Origin: Cyanobacteriota bacterium
GTDB lineage: Bacteria; Cyanobacteriota; Cyanobacteriia; Cyanobacteriales; Nostocaceae
Length of the DNA stretch: 64,000 nucleotides
Direction of reading: 5' to 3'
NCBI GenBank assembly: GCA_046045965.1
Contig: JBJOKS010000003.1
Span: 165,127-229,126, forward strand
Position 1 is the stretch's first letter. The number at the start of each line of letters is the position of its first letter. Below the pieces are notes generated by a model. The model did not search any database. It was given only the letters and a program-made list of their open reading frames with translations, and had not been told where the DNA came from. Shown here piece by piece: positions 62,135-64,000 of this stretch. The translations under genes were made by a program, and so were the position numbers.

Positions 62135-62354
62135 AAGAGCTTTTATAGTTCCTCAGAAAGAGATTTTAACCTTTATTGACCCTATTTTTTGAGATTAAAT
62201 GCAAAATTGCCATCCAACAACCTGCATAAAATCAGACATAACAGAGAAGTTGCATCCAACATCTTAACCTTATGCAATCCGTAAAATTAAAAAACCGTAT
62301 GAAGTTGAGATAAAGTTATCTTAGATGAAGTGCGTAAGAAGTTAAACAAAAAAA

Positions 62355-63137
62355 ATGCAAAGATACCTGAAAGTAATCAGACTTTTTTGGAGCGCAGCCA
62401 TTTCCGCAGAGATGGAGTATCGTCTCAACTTCATCATAGCTACCTTGAGCAGCTTAGGCAATCTTGCGGGTAGTATTTTTAGCTTATTCTTATTTTATCG
62501 CACAGGTTACACCTTTCCCGGCTGGTCTTGGGATGCAGCTTTAATAGTTTTAGGAATTTTCACCCTCCTACAAGGTTTTTCAGCTACATTCTTAGCTCCC
62601 AACTTAAACCGCATTGTTCGTCATGTGCAAGAAGGGACATTAGACTTTGTACTATTAAAACCCATTCGCAGTCAATTTTGGCTTTCAACTCACACCCTAT
62701 CACCGTGGGGACTACCAGATTTAATTTTTGGTTGTATCATCATTGGTTATGCAGGTAAACGCCTGGGTTTAGGAATAGATAATTATTTATTGAGTATATT
62801 TCCTTTAGGTTGTGGTTTAGTAATTCTTTACAGTCTATGGTTTATGCTAGGTTCTACGAGTATATGGTTCGTGAAAATATACAATGTGACTGAAGTATTA
62901 AGAGGTTTATTAGAAGCGGGTAGATATCCCATTGTAGCTTATCCCGCAGCTTATCGAGTTTTCTTTACCTTTGTAGTTCCAGTTGCATTTTTAACAACAG
63001 TTCCCGCGCAAGCAATGTTAGGTGAAAGTCAGTTAAGTTGGTTCATCGGTGCTGTATTTTTAGCTGTGGTGTTATTTTTTGTTTCTACTTGGTTTTGGCG
63101 GTTTGCTTTGCGGTTTTATACAAGTGCTTCAAGTTAA
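62355..63137 (+). CDS. ABC-2 family permease (DUF990)
   Basis: MEYRLNF, GTLDFVLLKP, GRYP..AY, VPA; ends YTSASS. Confidence 0.88.
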   Translation: MQRYLKVIRLFWSAAISAEMEYRLNFIIATLSSLGNLAGSIFSLFLFYRTGYTFPGWSWDAALIVLGIFTLLQGFSATFLAPNLNRIVRHVQEGTLDFVLLKPIRSQFWLSTHTLSPWGLPDLIFGCIIIGYAGKRLGLGIDNYLLSIFPLGCGLVILYSLWFMLGSTSIWFVKIYNVTEVLRGLLEAGRYPIVAYPAAYRVFFTFVVPVAFLTTVPAQAMLGESQLSWFIGAVFLAVVLFFVSTWFWRFALRFYTSASS

Positions 63138-63153
63138 AAATAACATTTCAAAA

Positions 63154-63257
63154 ATAGCATTTCCCAGCCTGGTGAAGTACAAAATCATCTGCGTTTATCT
63201 GCGTCCATCTGCGTTTAATTATTACTTCTTGTACTTCACTTAGATGGTAATTGCTAT
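63154..63257. mobile_element. MITE-like palindromic element
   Basis: Outer ATAGCATTTCCCA / TGGTAATTGCTAT, inner GTGAAGTACAA / TTGTACTTCAC, nested (ATCTGCGT)3. Confidence 0.6.
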
Positions 63258-63789
63258 ATTTGTTTATCTCCATAATCTCCTGATTTTAATTCAATGGAGT
63301 TAGATTATTTATTAGTCAATACAACAAAACCTAGATTTACCAACTAGAGTTGAATATCATCATATTTTTTTCCTATTTCTTCCATCATCCACGAAAAATG
63401 TATGTAGTCTTTATCATTAAACAATCTAGGAATTTTGGGTTATTCTAGTATAGCAGAAAAATATATAAAAATCATCATTAGCACTCGCAATTTCTGGAAA
63501 TATGACATCTTTAGTCAGATAAACTCCAACAGCAGAAACCAGTAGATTTAAAAACATTCGACGATTGATATTAAATAAGCCAAATGAGTTATTGATCTTA
63601 ATCATAAGTCAATTGCCTGGAAACTGGAAATATTTTGATATTAGTACAAGTAGTATTATTTATATATTCAACATAAAACTTAGTATATTGTCAAATATTT
63701 ACACTGTATAAATATAAATGATATCAGTAAATATAACGTATAATCCCAATAACGTCTATAGCCCCAACACCTTAGCCCCTGCCAAAAAC

Positions 63790-63820
63790 AAACCCCATCA
63801 TTTTATTAATGAAGGGGTTT
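63790..63820 (-). terminator. Terminator downstream of 5S rRNA
   Basis: AAACCCC ... GGGGTTT stem followed on the minus strand by a T-rich run. Confidence 0.6.
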
Positions 63821-63835
63821 GAATGAAATATTAGC

Positions 63836-63953
63836 CCTGGCATCGAGCTATTGTGACGTGGGGCAACCCCCAGACTATCGTCGCCGCAGCAGCGTTTCAC
63901 CTCTGAGTTCGGGAAGGGATCAGTGTGGTTCCACCGCGCCATAGACACCAGGA
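63836..63953 (-). rRNA. rrf: 5S ribosomal RNA
   Basis: Minus strand TCCTGGTGTCTATGGCGCGGTGGAACCACACTGATCCCTTCCCGAACTCAGAGGTGAAACG...ATAGCTCGATGCCAGG, about 118 nt. Confidence 0.97.
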
Positions 63954-64000
63954 AAGATTGGTGGGGGGCAGGGGGAGGGGGGAAGGGGGAAAGAAGAATT

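Noticed and set aside
63260..63780. AT-rich stretch as a degraded gene
   Set aside because: No sustained reading frame or recognisable motif was found by eye.
63954..64000. Orphan 5S rRNA lacking 23S
   Set aside because: Only 47 nt upstream are visible, so the 23S gene may lie just beyond the window edge.

Overview
64 kb of chromosome from a filamentous, probably Nostocales (Anabaena/Sphaerospermopsis-like), cyanobacterium, judged from frequent HIP1 (GCGATCGC) sites, intergenic heptamer STRR tracts and the gene content. The core genes are ndhA-I-G-E-nadK, gltA, sixA, cobB, infC, ilvN, fbp-tal-zwf-opcA, murE, ycf3, gatC, pirA (missing from the ORF track; has an NtcA box), dprA, psb28, frmA, fbaA, exoD and a 5S rRNA at the right edge. 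The main accessory pieces are: (1) an AT-rich two-gene island encoding a TerB-fused dynamin-like GTPase plus a LeoA-like dynamin, the best candidate for a new anti-phage or membrane-remodelling variant; (2) a PFE-CTERM surface-protein gene put out of frame by a C9 tract and bracketed by ~275-bp direct repeats of a MITE-like element that carries a consensus promoter and a covarying hairpin; (3) an antitoxin followed by a PIN/PD-(D/E)XK chimeric ORF; (4) a signal-peptide CHAT protease next to a likely beta-barrel gene; (5) a CBS/cyanobacteriochrome hybrid kinase convergent with a REC-GGDEF protein. There are also several gene scars and small dispersed repeats inserted in frame in genes. All family assignments come from motif recognition by eye; no database search was run.
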